From the sequence record KU686213.1: a stretch of 64,000 nucleotides of DNA, one strand, 5' to 3'. A program made the position numbers and the translations under genes. The notes beneath the pieces are model-generated. The model worked only from the letters and a program-made list of their open reading frames with translations. It did not search any database and was not told where the DNA came from. How positions within the stretch are numbered: position 1 is the stretch's first letter; each line of letters opens with the position of its first letter. Below, piece by piece: positions 55,201 to 62,915 of the stretch.

Positions 55201-56686
55201 TACAACATTCCTAGGAATTGTATCTATTACTGATACATTATTCGTCAACCAGGAAATCACTGGTATTGCTACTGTAAACAACCTCAACTTCAATGTTGGT
55301 GTTGGTTCTACGTTGTCTGTAGGCTTCCTCACTGCTACTGACCTATATGTTGCTGGGGTTTCTACCTTCGTTGGTGTAGGCACCTTCCAGAACGACCTAT
55401 ACGTCTCTAAAGACCTCTTTGTTGAGCGTAATATTGTAGCTGCTGCTATCTCCGCAGAGAACTACTTTGCTAGTGGCGTATCAACATTCAGTAATACTAT
55501 TATTGATGGGGCACTTGGCGTTACTAGCTCTGTTGGTATTGCTAAAACTCTTATTGTTGGTGGTGATGTAGTTGTTGGTGGTGGATTCTATGCTGGGGAT
55601 ACTGAAATCCTATCATTAGAAACCTTAGGTTCCACGGTAGTCAACTCATCACTAACAAGTGTTGGTACTCTAACTGACCTAACTGTTACTGGTGATATCA
55701 ATGCTAACGGCAATATCGTTGGTGATAGTGCTACTAATATCTCTGGTATTAATAGTGTAACTGCTACTGATTTCTATGGTAGTGGTGCTGGTCTAACTGG
55801 TATTAATGCTGGTTCAGTTGATCTAACTGGAACTGATCAGAACTTCAGAAGCTTGCAGCTATCTGGTGTTGGTGTTGCTCTAACAGTAACCAACGATGCT
55901 GAGATTGGTAATAATCTAACTGTTGATGGAGACATCACATTAGGTGGAGATATTCTACCAGATTCCCCAGGCACTGGTTCCGTTGGAAAAACAACTGATC
56001 GTTTCCTTGTCGTTGCTGCTACTGGCGGTGACTTCACACAAGCCGATATCGCTTCGGTTAATGTTTCAGGAGTATCCACTCTAACTGGCAATGTTGAACT
56101 AGGGGCACAGCTAACCTTCACTGGTAGTGACGCTGATGAGTTCGTTTCTGGTATCACAACCAGTCTCGATGAGTCCGCTGGTGCCAATGAGATTGCAACT
56201 GCTGAAGGCATCAAGGACTATGTTGATGCTCAGATTGGTGGTGGTGGTTCTGTCCAGGCAGCAACAATCGCAGTTGCTGATAACCAGGATAACGTAGAAT
56301 ATTCAGTGCCTTTCGCTAGTGCTACTGCTGCTAATGCAAGTCTATATTCAGACTCAACCCAACTTAAGTACAATCCTTCAACTGGTCTTCTAGTTGCACA
56401 GGATTTCAACTCACTCTCCGACATCCGCTTCAAGGATAACGTAGAGACCATTGACGGTGCAGTAGCCAAGCTACAGCAACTACGTGGTGTTGAGTTCGAT
56501 TGGAAGCACTCACCAGGTTCATCTGTTGGTGTTATCGCTCAAGAGGTTAAGGAGGTTTATCCTCAACTAGTAACCGAAGGCGAAGAGAAGATCACTGTTA
56601 ACTATAACGGTTTGGTTGGTCTACTCATTCAGGCTGTTAAGGAACAGGCTGATGAAATCGCTGCTCTAAAAGAGAAGCTAGGTTGA
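52223..56686 (+). CDS. Long tail fibre with C-terminal intramolecular chaperone (peptidase S74)
   Basis: Repetitive G[IV][AS]T beta-strand motifs; C-terminal SDIRFKDNVETI..A..KL..LRGVEFDWK...GVIAQEV..VYP.LV...V.YNGLVGLLIQAVKE. Confidence 0.9.
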   Translation: MALFYQSGRVSRFAVGTPGFSTNRDLTLNVSGAIGIETTKPRGSIDTPEISIRGPIIDSGINTGGLGYFLSQDVEGVKWVAASPEDLTFIRVFEDNVQVGVSSFSGLNFISNDSSLFDIKESPIGPNIADINFNTYWIRTEYGNNAGISTGYGPDGTYASLPGYGTSEAVGVTSVGIGTDNPQDDFQVGIGSTGVTINGPEGKLEAEIIKAKNLELDGNITVRSLVVDPGIATFRGNIDAQGISSFTGDVIAGFATIQELYVNDLEVELFRAGVSTLGFGQSASSFTIVENSLEVQGAIGTFINDLYVGNDLYVAGDTFFNQINAENIQVTGIATLNNVEGNTGIFTSFEVTGITTLNQLEFNTGVGTDLQLESSTIGVLTATDVSAGVATIGFANIDDANISGIVTVTEVDVEEIDIERAQVGILTITEGLSVTGTSTFVGLVTVTGDAFIDGDLTVTDQFTVQDLGAENLEVTGIGTIVNLESNVGIITTLFTEGSVNTGVGTFNVVEANDIQSGTGTIGGVGFESGRLEGTELDFDIGRIGILTGDLLSYGIGTFRDRLDSPGISNIAVAIGNTLNYDSTSQINGVTFGDELVDIFNRDLRVTGITTFTGVGTFGSDLYVKEDLFVGGELSFEQLTGTNLQVLGIATVNQLDLNTGIGTFLDLEFLQVGVATITNLLGTISTITRMDSGTVAVTTDPGKYPTSDGQFYADRSFIEFSNALDSRTTDFVARETADIQGTLEVVGLSTFDSDINVNADINVSGLTTTNFLFAGVGTILLLDTDFIDSDEINAGIITTQDLVVTGSADFQGDVVVDIGGTANITNANIGFASVTEEVVGTSTVGFLSATDANIGVATVGLLSATDAEIEDLEVNTFRAGIATVGFGSFGTDPNEGSLYVTGINTFVGFTTFTGEVYVDGDLTVSGITTFKQLDAEQSQIGILTTKTLLDSNGLIDAENVAISTNLTVSGLTTLTGFTTTSDVIVGGGLTVVGDTTFLGIVSITDTLFVNQEITGIATVNNLNFNVGVGSTLSVGFLTATDLYVAGVSTFVGVGTFQNDLYVSKDLFVERNIVAAAISAENYFASGVSTFSNTIIDGALGVTSSVGIAKTLIVGGDVVVGGGFYAGDTEILSLETLGSTVVNSSLTSVGTLTDLTVTGDINANGNIVGDSATNISGINSVTATDFYGSGAGLTGINAGSVDLTGTDQNFRSLQLSGVGVALTVTNDAEIGNNLTVDGDITLGGDILPDSPGTGSVGKTTDRFLVVAATGGDFTQADIASVNVSGVSTLTGNVELGAQLTFTGSDADEFVSGITTSLDESAGANEIATAEGIKDYVDAQIGGGGSVQAATIAVADNQDNVEYSVPFASATAANASLYSDSTQLKYNPSTGLLVAQDFNSLSDIRFKDNVETIDGAVAKLQQLRGVEFDWKHSPGSSVGVIAQEVKEVYPQLVTEGEEKITVNYNGLVGLLIQAVKEQADEIAALKEKLG

Positions 56687-56692
56687 TATATT

Positions 56693-56715
56693 AGGAACCT
56701 TCGGGTTCCTTTTTT
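56693..56715 (+). terminator. Intrinsic terminator with UUCG loop
   Basis: aggaacc-ttcg-ggttcct plus T-run. Confidence 0.9.
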
Positions 56716-56783
56716 ATAAATAACATTGGGTGTCTCCCACCCGTGTTGTTGGTAAGACTACAACTACCCTTAGGGGTTTTTTT
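56715..56783 (+). ncRNA. Candidate short late RNA complementary to the next gene's leader
   Basis: TATAAATA at 56715-56722. Hairpin tggg/ccca, then cccgtgtt-g-ttggtaagacta (complementary to 56856-56880), then accc-ttag-gggt plus T6. Confidence 0.5.
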
Positions 56784-56810
56784 ATGCTTAAAAATAGAAA
56801 TCTTAATGTG

Positions 56811-56818
56811 TATAAATA
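56811..56818 (+). promoter_or_regulatory. T4-type late promoter
   Basis: TATAAATA, 74 nt upstream of ATG 56892. Confidence 0.75.
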
Positions 56819-56891
56819 TAGATGAATTGAAACAAAGCTACATATAATTCTTCGTTAGTCTTACCAAAAGCAAACACGGGGAAAAAAACAC

Positions 56892-58028
56892 ATGGCTTTT
56901 CTAATTAACGGACAGGTTGTCGTTAATAATAATGAAAGCATTGATGCGTTAGGCGTATCAACATTTGTTAATATTCGTGCCACAGGTGTTGGTACGATGA
57001 GTGAGCTAAGATTGGGTACCGACACTGATGGCTATGGTGGCGTCAGTACTGATATTTCTTCTGATTCTCCATCAACCAAGCTAGCATCTGCGTCAGCAAT
57101 CAAAACTTACGTAGATGATAGAGTAACTGGGGGCACAGGTGCTGTCAGCTTGAATATTATTGGTGATACTGGAACTGATTCAGTAAACCTATCCAGTGGC
57201 AATCTAACTTTCAGTGGTACTACCAATGAAATTGAGACAGCAGTAACAAACGACGTAGTAACATTTAGTTTACCTGATGATGTTACTATTGGTAATAATC
57301 TAACTGTAACCACAGACTTGGATGTTAGTGGGAGCTTCAGCTTCGACGGTGGTGGTCAGTCTGTAGATGCTATCTCTGATGACATCACATCAGCCGCTCT
57401 ATCAACCGAGATACCTACAGCTAACGCTGTTAAGAGCTACGTTGACTCAACCATAGACGGTTCTAACAACCTAGCTTTCAGTGGAGACAGTGGAACTAAT
57501 GGTGACATCGACCTAGCTGCCAGTGAAGTTCTTGACTTCCAAGGTACAACTAACCAGATCGAAACCGTTTCTGATGGTGCCCAGCAAATCACCTTTAGCC
57601 TAGCTAACGACACCGACATTGTAACCAGCCTAACCGTTGGTGCGACTCTTGGTGCTGCTGGTGGAGACATCCTAGAAGCATCTGCTACTGCTGCTGGTGG
57701 TGGCATCGGTGTAGCTATTGCTGGTGATCTAAACGTCACTGGTAACGTAGACTCCGCTTCTGACCGCAAGCTTAAGGAAAACATCGAAGTTATCCCTAAC
57801 GCTCTAGAGAAGATCGAAGCCCTACGTGGTGTTGAGTACACCTGGAAGAGCAACGGTGCATACTCTGCTGGTATCATCGCTCAGGAAGTCCAAGCTGTAA
57901 TGCCTGGTCTAGTCACTGAAAACGAGACTCACCTCTCTGTTCAGTACAACGGTCTAATCGGTCTATTGATCGAAGGTATGAAGGAGCAGCAAGCTCAAAT
58001 TGAAGAGCTAAAAGCTCAACTTTCTTGA
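56892..58028 (+). CDS. Tail-fibre protein with C-terminal S74 chaperone
   Basis: Repeated l.f.Gd.G...iDL....l.F.GT.NqIET modules; SDRKLKENIEVI.NALEKI..LRGVEYTWK...GIIAQEV...V.YNGLIGLLIEGMKE. Confidence 0.88.
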   Translation: MAFLINGQVVVNNNESIDALGVSTFVNIRATGVGTMSELRLGTDTDGYGGVSTDISSDSPSTKLASASAIKTYVDDRVTGGTGAVSLNIIGDTGTDSVNLSSGNLTFSGTTNEIETAVTNDVVTFSLPDDVTIGNNLTVTTDLDVSGSFSFDGGGQSVDAISDDITSAALSTEIPTANAVKSYVDSTIDGSNNLAFSGDSGTNGDIDLAASEVLDFQGTTNQIETVSDGAQQITFSLANDTDIVTSLTVGATLGAAGGDILEASATAAGGGIGVAIAGDLNVTGNVDSASDRKLKENIEVIPNALEKIEALRGVEYTWKSNGAYSAGIIAQEVQAVMPGLVTENETHLSVQYNGLIGLLIEGMKEQQAQIEELKAQLS

Positions 58029-58055
58029 TATTTCTATTATAGCACAGATTGGGAC

Positions 58056-58084
58056 TTGACAAAGGTCTCTAAATCGACTACAAT
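58056..58084 (+). promoter_or_regulatory. Sigma70 promoter
   Basis: TTGACA-N17-TACAAT. Confidence 0.8.
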
Positions 58085-58120
58085 CAGCCTTGTCGAGGTT
58101 GATAAGACACTCTAAGTACT
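58085..58120 (+). repeat. 36-nt promoter-leader element, copy 2
   Basis: cagccttgtcgaggttgataagacactctaagtact; 32/36 identical to 6878-6913. Overlaps the perfect palindrome ctctaagtacttagag (58110-58125). Confidence 0.85.
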
Positions 58121-58133
58121 TAGAGATTAATAG

Positions 58134-58158
58134 AGGGACCTCTTTAGGTCCCTTTTTT
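58134..58158 (+). terminator. Intrinsic terminator about 50 nt after the promoter
   Basis: agggacc-tcttta-ggtccct plus T-run. Confidence 0.8.
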
Positions 58159-58194
58159 ATTAGCCTAATAAATAACAGTAGCTATTCCTTTATT

Positions 58195-58431
58195 ATGTTC
58201 ACAGTGTATTCTAAAGTCAATTGTAAATATTGCGAAGCAATTGAAAAAGTATTCTCAATGAAGAATATAGAGTATAAGAAGAACTTATTGAATGTAGATT
58301 ACACCAGAGAAGATTTTATTGAGAAATTTGGAGAGCAGGGAACGTTTCCCAAAGTCCTTAATGAGAATGGAGATTTGATTGGAGGAGCCAAAGAAACAGT
58401 TCAGTATTTAAGAGATAATCATCTAGTATAA
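58195..58431 (+). CDS. nrdC: Glutaredoxin
   Basis: FTVYSK.NCKYC (CxxC), GTFP.V, LIGG..ET. True start ATG 58195; TAAATA upstream. Confidence 0.88.
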   Translation: MFTVYSKVNCKYCEAIEKVFSMKNIEYKKNLLNVDYTREDFIEKFGEQGTFPKVLNENGDLIGGAKETVQYLRDNHLV

Positions 58432-58460
58432 ATACAAGAAAGATACCGGAGGAGAGTAAA

Positions 58461-58691
58461 ATGCTCACCCTTTCTATTGTATTTGGTGTTATAATGCTCC
58501 AAATGTTTCTTTTATTAGGAGGAGTCATTGGGTATCTAACCTACGGATATCTTTCAGCCCAAGCCTCAGCATTACCATCCCACCCAGAGTTTTACGATGA
58601 AGAGGGTAACGTATTACCAGATGAAATTCTTGCTATTCGTTTTGAGAATAGCTATGATAACTTGGGTGACTGGGAAGAAGAAGACCTTTAA
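58461..58691 (+). CDS. Conserved cyanomyovirus membrane protein
   Basis: GGAGGAG SD, N-terminal TM helix, HPEFYDEEGNVLPDEILAIRFEN. TATAAATA at 58427-58434. Confidence 0.75.
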   Translation: MLTLSIVFGVIMLQMFLLLGGVIGYLTYGYLSAQASALPSHPEFYDEEGNVLPDEILAIRFENSYDNLGDWEEEDL

Positions 58692-58711
58692 AACTTTATT
58701 TTGTAATTATC

Positions 58712-59335
58712 ATGGCAGAAGCGACAACCAAAAAGACACGCACAAGGAAGCCTTCCGCTTCCAAAGTAACTACTACAGCTAAAAAGAAAGCTCCAGTATC
58801 ACTAGAGCTTCCTAGAAATCCTCTTATGTTTGAGATTCTAGACCTAGTTTCCAAGCAGCGTACTAAGGCTAAGAAGATTGAAGCACTCAAAAAGCATGAG
58901 TGCCTAACTCTCAAGTCCTTATTCATTTGGAACTTTGATGAGACTGTAGTCAGCCAACTCCCAGAAGGTGATGTGCCTTACGGTGATCCCGAAGACCAGT
59001 TGAAGTATAACGGAACTCTATCCGAGAACCTAGCAGATAAGTCTCGTCAAATGTATACTGACGGTAACTTCTCATTAGGTAGTGCTGATACTAACGGCAG
59101 AACAACTCTCCGTGCTCAGACTCGTAACTTCTATCACTTCGTTCAAGGTGGTAATCCAGGTCTCTCTGGTATGCGCCGTGAGTCTATGTTTATCAACCTC
59201 CTTCAATCGGTTCACCCTCTTGAAGCAGAGATTATGGTCCTCGTAAAAGACGGACTGCTCTCTGACTCATACTCAATCACCCAAGAGGTAGTTGCTGAGG
59301 CATATCCCGACATCACTTGGGGAGGAAGGGGTTGA
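58712..59335 (+). CDS. Conserved T4-like hypothetical protein
   Basis: EIL..VSKQRTKAKKIEAL...IWNFD..V.S.LPEG.VPY...RESMFINLLQSVHPLEAEI..LVKD. Confidence 0.8.
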   Translation: MAEATTKKTRTRKPSASKVTTTAKKKAPVSLELPRNPLMFEILDLVSKQRTKAKKIEALKKHECLTLKSLFIWNFDETVVSQLPEGDVPYGDPEDQLKYNGTLSENLADKSRQMYTDGNFSLGSADTNGRTTLRAQTRNFYHFVQGGNPGLSGMRRESMFINLLQSVHPLEAEIMVLVKDGLLSDSYSITQEVVAEAYPDITWGGRG

Positions 59336-59420
59336 TTTTCTCCACCCAAAATCTTCCATAAACATTAAGAAAATATAAAGCTCCCTAAATAAATCTAGGG
59401 AGTATGTTATACTCTTTATA

Positions 59421-59526
59421 CGTTCATCACACAGAAGGCTGTGTGACGCAAGTAGGATGACGCGGAACGGATTTCGTTCATTTCACACAAGAGTGTGAAA
59501 CGCAAACGCCACCCGAAAGGAACGGG
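59421..59526 (+). ncRNA. Tandem glutamine-riboswitch-like aptamers (glnA/Downstream-peptide family)
   Basis: Two units of CGTTCA-[8-bp stem, 4-nt loop]-CGCAA...GGAACGG (59421-59470 and 59475-59525). Extended -10 TGtTATACT at 59405-59413. A YRG-motif peptide follows. Confidence 0.75.
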
Positions 59527-59558
59527 ATTTAACCATCTCATTTCTTAGGAGCAAACAA

Positions 59559-59693
59559 ATGCTAGCAGTATATCGTGGTGTCGCTTATGACACAGATCGT
59601 AACTTAACGAAAGAAGCAGATTACAAAAAAGTAACTGAAACTTATCGTGGTATTCAGCACACCGAAACCGTTAAGGTAGAGGTATCAAAATGA
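59559..59693 (+). CDS. DUF4278-like micropeptide (44 aa, two YRG motifs), not in the ORF track
   Basis: AGGAG SD; MLAVYRGVAYDTDRNLTKEADYKKVTETYRGIQHTETVKVEVSK. Confidence 0.8.
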   Translation: MLAVYRGVAYDTDRNLTKEADYKKVTETYRGIQHTETVKVEVSK

Positions 59694-59794
59694 ATACACT
59701 AGACATCATCCGTCAAAAAGAGCTAAAAGCAAGAAAGCTTCACGAAGCTCGGTTGCTTATGGCAAGACTAAATCAAAGAGCGAATAACGCTTGA
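59690..59794 (+). CDS. Basic helical micropeptide (34 aa), not in the ORF track
   Basis: ATGA overlap; AGAGG SD; MNTLDIIRQKELKARKLHEARLLMARLNQRANNA. Confidence 0.7.
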   Translation: MNTLDIIRQKELKARKLHEARLLMARLNQRANNA

Positions 59795-59798
59795 TACT

Positions 59799-59822
59799 AG
59801 GAGCCGCAAGGCTCCTTTTTTT
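59799..59822 (+). terminator. Intrinsic terminator with GNRA loop
   Basis: aggagcc-gcaa-ggctcct plus T-run; TGCTATAAT follows at 59824-59832. Confidence 0.9.
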
Positions 59823-59852
59823 ATGCTATAATACCCTTGAATACATAATACT

Positions 59853-60044
59853 ATGGACCGAGACAAGGTAAAGTTCTTAATTCAATCAATTGAAGTTCTT
59901 ATTGAAGAACTAAAAGCAGAGGTCTACACCGACTCCGAGACCCATAAGGTTTCCGAGACTGCTTATAGCGACGAGGAGGAACCAATTTCCACCGATGATC
60001 TAATCCAAACAATGTTCAACCAAGTGATTGACGATACACTATGA
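59853..60044 (+). CDS. Conserved cyanophage hypothetical protein
   Basis: MDRDKVKFLIQSIEVLIEELKAEVY.D; ATGA overlap with thyX. Confidence 0.7.
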   Translation: MDRDKVKFLIQSIEVLIEELKAEVYTDSETHKVSETAYSDEEEPISTDDLIQTMFNQVIDDTL

Positions 60045-60793
60045 AACCAGTAAAAGCCGCAGACCTACTCCGCCTTGACCCACTACAAAAGGTAGAGATG
60101 CTTCGCAACACCCCCAATCCACAACAAATGGTTTATATGGGTGGTAAGAATGATTACAGTGAGCTTCCAATTGAAGATACTAACATTCCCTTTGAGAAAG
60201 ACGCTGGTGAATGGGTAATCAAACAGCTTCTAGCAAATGAGCGAGGACATTGGGGTCCATTAGAGCACCCAGCAATCTCATTCAGTTGCTCTGGTTTCGT
60301 ACATAATGTAATTGTTCAGGCACGCACTCATCGTGTAGGTATTAGCTTTGATGTTCAATCACAACGCTATACCTGTAAGCGTGTTCTCAAAGTAGCATCA
60401 GGCGAGCTTCTACCCCAGAAGGTCTTCTATGTACGCCCTCCTGGCTTCTACACCAATCGAAAGGGTAAGAAGTATGAATGGACCTCTGATGACTATCAGA
60501 CCCAGCTAGGGCTCTGTCGGGCTGCCTCACAGCGCTTCGCTACACAGTTTGAGAATGGCGTATCAGAAGAGCACGCTAGGGATTATCTTCCCCAGAACAT
60601 CCGTCAAAACTTCGTGGTTACATTCAGTCTCCGCGCACTACTTCACTTCCTTGATCTACGAGCCAAGCTTGACGCACAGCTAGAAATCCAGGCACTATGT
60701 GAAGCAATGGTTGAGCCAACAAAGGTATGGGTTCCCCAGATCTTTGAGTATTATGAAGAGAAGCGTCTTCATAGAGCGCGTCTTGCCCCCTAA
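60041..60793 (+). CDS. thyX: FAD-dependent thymidylate synthase
   Basis: GHWGPLEH, QARTHRVGISFDVQSQRY (RHR-x7-S-x-R type motif), EEHARDYLPQ, HFLDLRAK..AQLEI. Confidence 0.92.
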   Translation: MKPVKAADLLRLDPLQKVEMLRNTPNPQQMVYMGGKNDYSELPIEDTNIPFEKDAGEWVIKQLLANERGHWGPLEHPAISFSCSGFVHNVIVQARTHRVGISFDVQSQRYTCKRVLKVASGELLPQKVFYVRPPGFYTNRKGKKYEWTSDDYQTQLGLCRAASQRFATQFENGVSEEHARDYLPQNIRQNFVVTFSLRALLHFLDLRAKLDAQLEIQALCEAMVEPTKVWVPQIFEYYEEKRLHRARLAP

Positions 60794-60820
60794 ATAACCT
60801 TAAGACATGGAGTTTAATCT

Positions 60821-61066
60821 ATGGCGACATATCATGTAATTCACAAAGAGACCAGCGAAACACAAATTGTGGAGTGTAGTGTCCACGATATTATGGATTG
60901 GTACGCAGCTAATCCAGAATGGGAACGAGATTGGTCTTATGGATGCGCGACTACCGCATCAGAAGTCGGTGAGTGGAGAGAAAAATTAGTAGCAAGAAAT
61001 CCTGGCTGGAACGATGTTCTAGACCAAGCTTCTCGCGCTCCAGGTTCGAGGGTCAAAAAGATCTAA
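60821..61066 (+). CDS. Conserved cyanomyovirus hypothetical protein
   Basis: GGAG SD; NP.WERDWS.G...GEWREKL....PGWNDVL. Confidence 0.75.
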   Translation: MATYHVIHKETSETQIVECSVHDIMDWYAANPEWERDWSYGCATTASEVGEWREKLVARNPGWNDVLDQASRAPGSRVKKI

Positions 61067-61112
61067 GAGCCCATTTTTTTGCTTTTCATACTGTTGTTAC
61101 TACTTAATAAAA

Positions 61113-61901
61113 ATGCCAACTAAAAGAAGTCGTAAGTCTGCTAACCCCATTGGGGTCGGTTTAACCGCAAAGCAGATGAGAAGGAAGAAGCCTATTGACC
61201 GGAATCTTCTAGCCAATGTTGAGGCTATTACAGAAAATCAGCAATTATTGTTTGATGAGTATGATAAAGGACAAAACATTGTAGCTTATGGATGTGCCGG
61301 TACTGGTAAAACATTTGTTACTTTATTCAAAGCATTAGAGGAAGTATTAGACGATAATAGCCCATATGAGAGAGTTTACATTGTAAGGTCACTTGTAGCC
61401 ACTAGAGAAATTGGTTTCCTACCAGGAGACCACGATGATAAATCAGCACTTTATCAGATTCCATATAAGAATATGGTTAAGTATATGTTTGATTTGGATT
61501 TAGAAACTATCAACTCTACTGGTCAAACCTCACCATTCGAGATGCTCTACGGCAACCTAATGGCTCAAGAGACTCTCAAATTCTGGTCAACTTCATTCTT
61601 AAGAGGAACAACATTAGATAAAGCAATCATCATTGTAGATGAATTCCAAAACCTAAACGCACACGAACTTGATTCTATTATGACTCGTGTTGGTGAAGAC
61701 TCCAAGATTCACTTCTGTGGAGATGCTACACAATCTGACCTAGTAAAGGCTTCAGAGCGTAGTGGTATTATGGACTTTATGTCTATCCTAGAGCGTATGC
61801 CTTCCGTAAGCAAGGTTGAGTTTGGTCTAAACGACATCGTTCGTTCTGGTCTATGTAAGGAATACTTAGTAGCCAAGCACGAATCTGGCATAGAAATCTA
61901 A
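61113..61901 (+). CDS. phoH: PhoH-family ATPase
   Basis: Walker A GCAGTGKT, REIGFLPG, TSFLRGTT, IVDEFQNL, DIVRSG. Confidence 0.95.
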   Translation: MPTKRSRKSANPIGVGLTAKQMRRKKPIDRNLLANVEAITENQQLLFDEYDKGQNIVAYGCAGTGKTFVTLFKALEEVLDDNSPYERVYIVRSLVATREIGFLPGDHDDKSALYQIPYKNMVKYMFDLDLETINSTGQTSPFEMLYGNLMAQETLKFWSTSFLRGTTLDKAIIIVDEFQNLNAHELDSIMTRVGEDSKIHFCGDATQSDLVKASERSGIMDFMSILERMPSVSKVEFGLNDIVRSGLCKEYLVAKHESGIEI

Positions 61902-61936
61902 TCCGTGCTATAATAAGGGTATCTTATTATTGATAG

Positions 61937-62617
61937 ATGCCTTTTACTCATAACCCAGTTGAGATACCAGAATTAACCAGAGAAACCATTGATGGGGTCA
62001 GGTACTATACTGCCCCTGATTCTGATGGTGAACTGATTAAGCTAGTATCAATTACTTCAGTGACTTCTCACTGGAGTAGAGAAGGCATTATGAAGTGGAG
62101 AGCACGTGTTGGTGAAGAAGAAGCCAACCGTGTATCTAAACGAGCAACGACCAGAGGTACAGATATGCACCTCTTAACTGAGCATTATTTACAGAATGAG
62201 CCGTTGCCTAAAGCGAAGGTTCCTATCTCACAAATCTTATTCAATACTGCAAAGCCAGCACTTAATAAGATTGATAATATTATTGTCCAAGAACAAGCAA
62301 TGTATAGCTTGCGTCTTGGTATTGCAGGAACACCTGACTGTATCGGTGATTATGATGGGGAACTTTCCATTATTGACTTTAAGACTTCTAAGTCTCCCAA
62401 GCCATTAAAGTGGGTTGAAGGATATTTTGTTCAAGCATCAGCATACGCTTGTATGTTGTATGAACTAACAGGTATCAAAGCCAAAAAACTTGTTATTATT
62501 ATGGCTTGCGAAGATGGTGAGCTTAAAGTCTATGAAGAAAGAGATGTATACAAGTGGGTTAAAAAACTTGATACTTACATTCGTAAATTTGTAAACGACA
62601 AACTAGAAAACCTATGA
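61937..62617 (+). CDS. PD-(D/E)XK exonuclease
   Basis: SITSV, RGTDMH, AGTPDCI......IIDFKTS, YFVQASAY..M. TGCTATAAT promoter just upstream. Confidence 0.88.
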   Translation: MPFTHNPVEIPELTRETIDGVRYYTAPDSDGELIKLVSITSVTSHWSREGIMKWRARVGEEEANRVSKRATTRGTDMHLLTEHYLQNEPLPKAKVPISQILFNTAKPALNKIDNIIVQEQAMYSLRLGIAGTPDCIGDYDGELSIIDFKTSKSPKPLKWVEGYFVQASAYACMLYELTGIKAKKLVIIMACEDGELKVYEERDVYKWVKKLDTYIRKFVNDKLENL

Positions 62618-62880
62618 CTACCCAAAATGAATTAGAGAAGGTCTTGGATGAAAAGTTTCTCACCCCAATCAAATTTTCATATATCATTGAAAAAATCGTT
62701 CTCAGCGAAAAACTTAATTATATTGACGCAATTATTCACTATTGCGAAAAAGAGAACATTGAGGTAGAATCAGTCTCCAAGCTTATGACAAAGCCCCTCA
62801 AAGAGAAGCTTAAAGTTGATGCAACCAACCTAAACTTTATGAAGAACCTTGGTGCGAGCAAAGCTAAACTACCACTATAA
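62614..62880 (+). CDS. gp33: Late-promoter transcription co-activator gp33
   Basis: FS..IEK.V....LNYIDAI.HYCE...IE.E...KL..KPLKEKLK.DA..LNF; expected T4-like synteny. Confidence 0.88.
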   Translation: MTTQNELEKVLDEKFLTPIKFSYIIEKIVLSEKLNYIDAIIHYCEKENIEVESVSKLMTKPLKEKLKVDATNLNFMKNLGASKAKLPL

Positions 62881-62915
62881 CTTACAGAATGAATAGCAGA
62901 TTACGCAGAGGAATT

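Noticed and set aside
39332-58028. Diversity-generating retroelement acting on fibre genes
   Set aside because: No reverse transcriptase and no template/variable repeat pair differing at adenines were seen in the window.
58090-58194. N-terminal extension of glutaredoxin from TTG 58090
   Set aside because: It runs through a terminator and has no SD; the glutaredoxin fold begins at ATG 58195.
61937-62617. Cas4-like nuclease as a sign of a CRISPR system
   Set aside because: This is the ordinary PD-(D/E)XK exonuclease in the conserved phoH-exo-gp33-gp59 block; no array or other cas genes are present.
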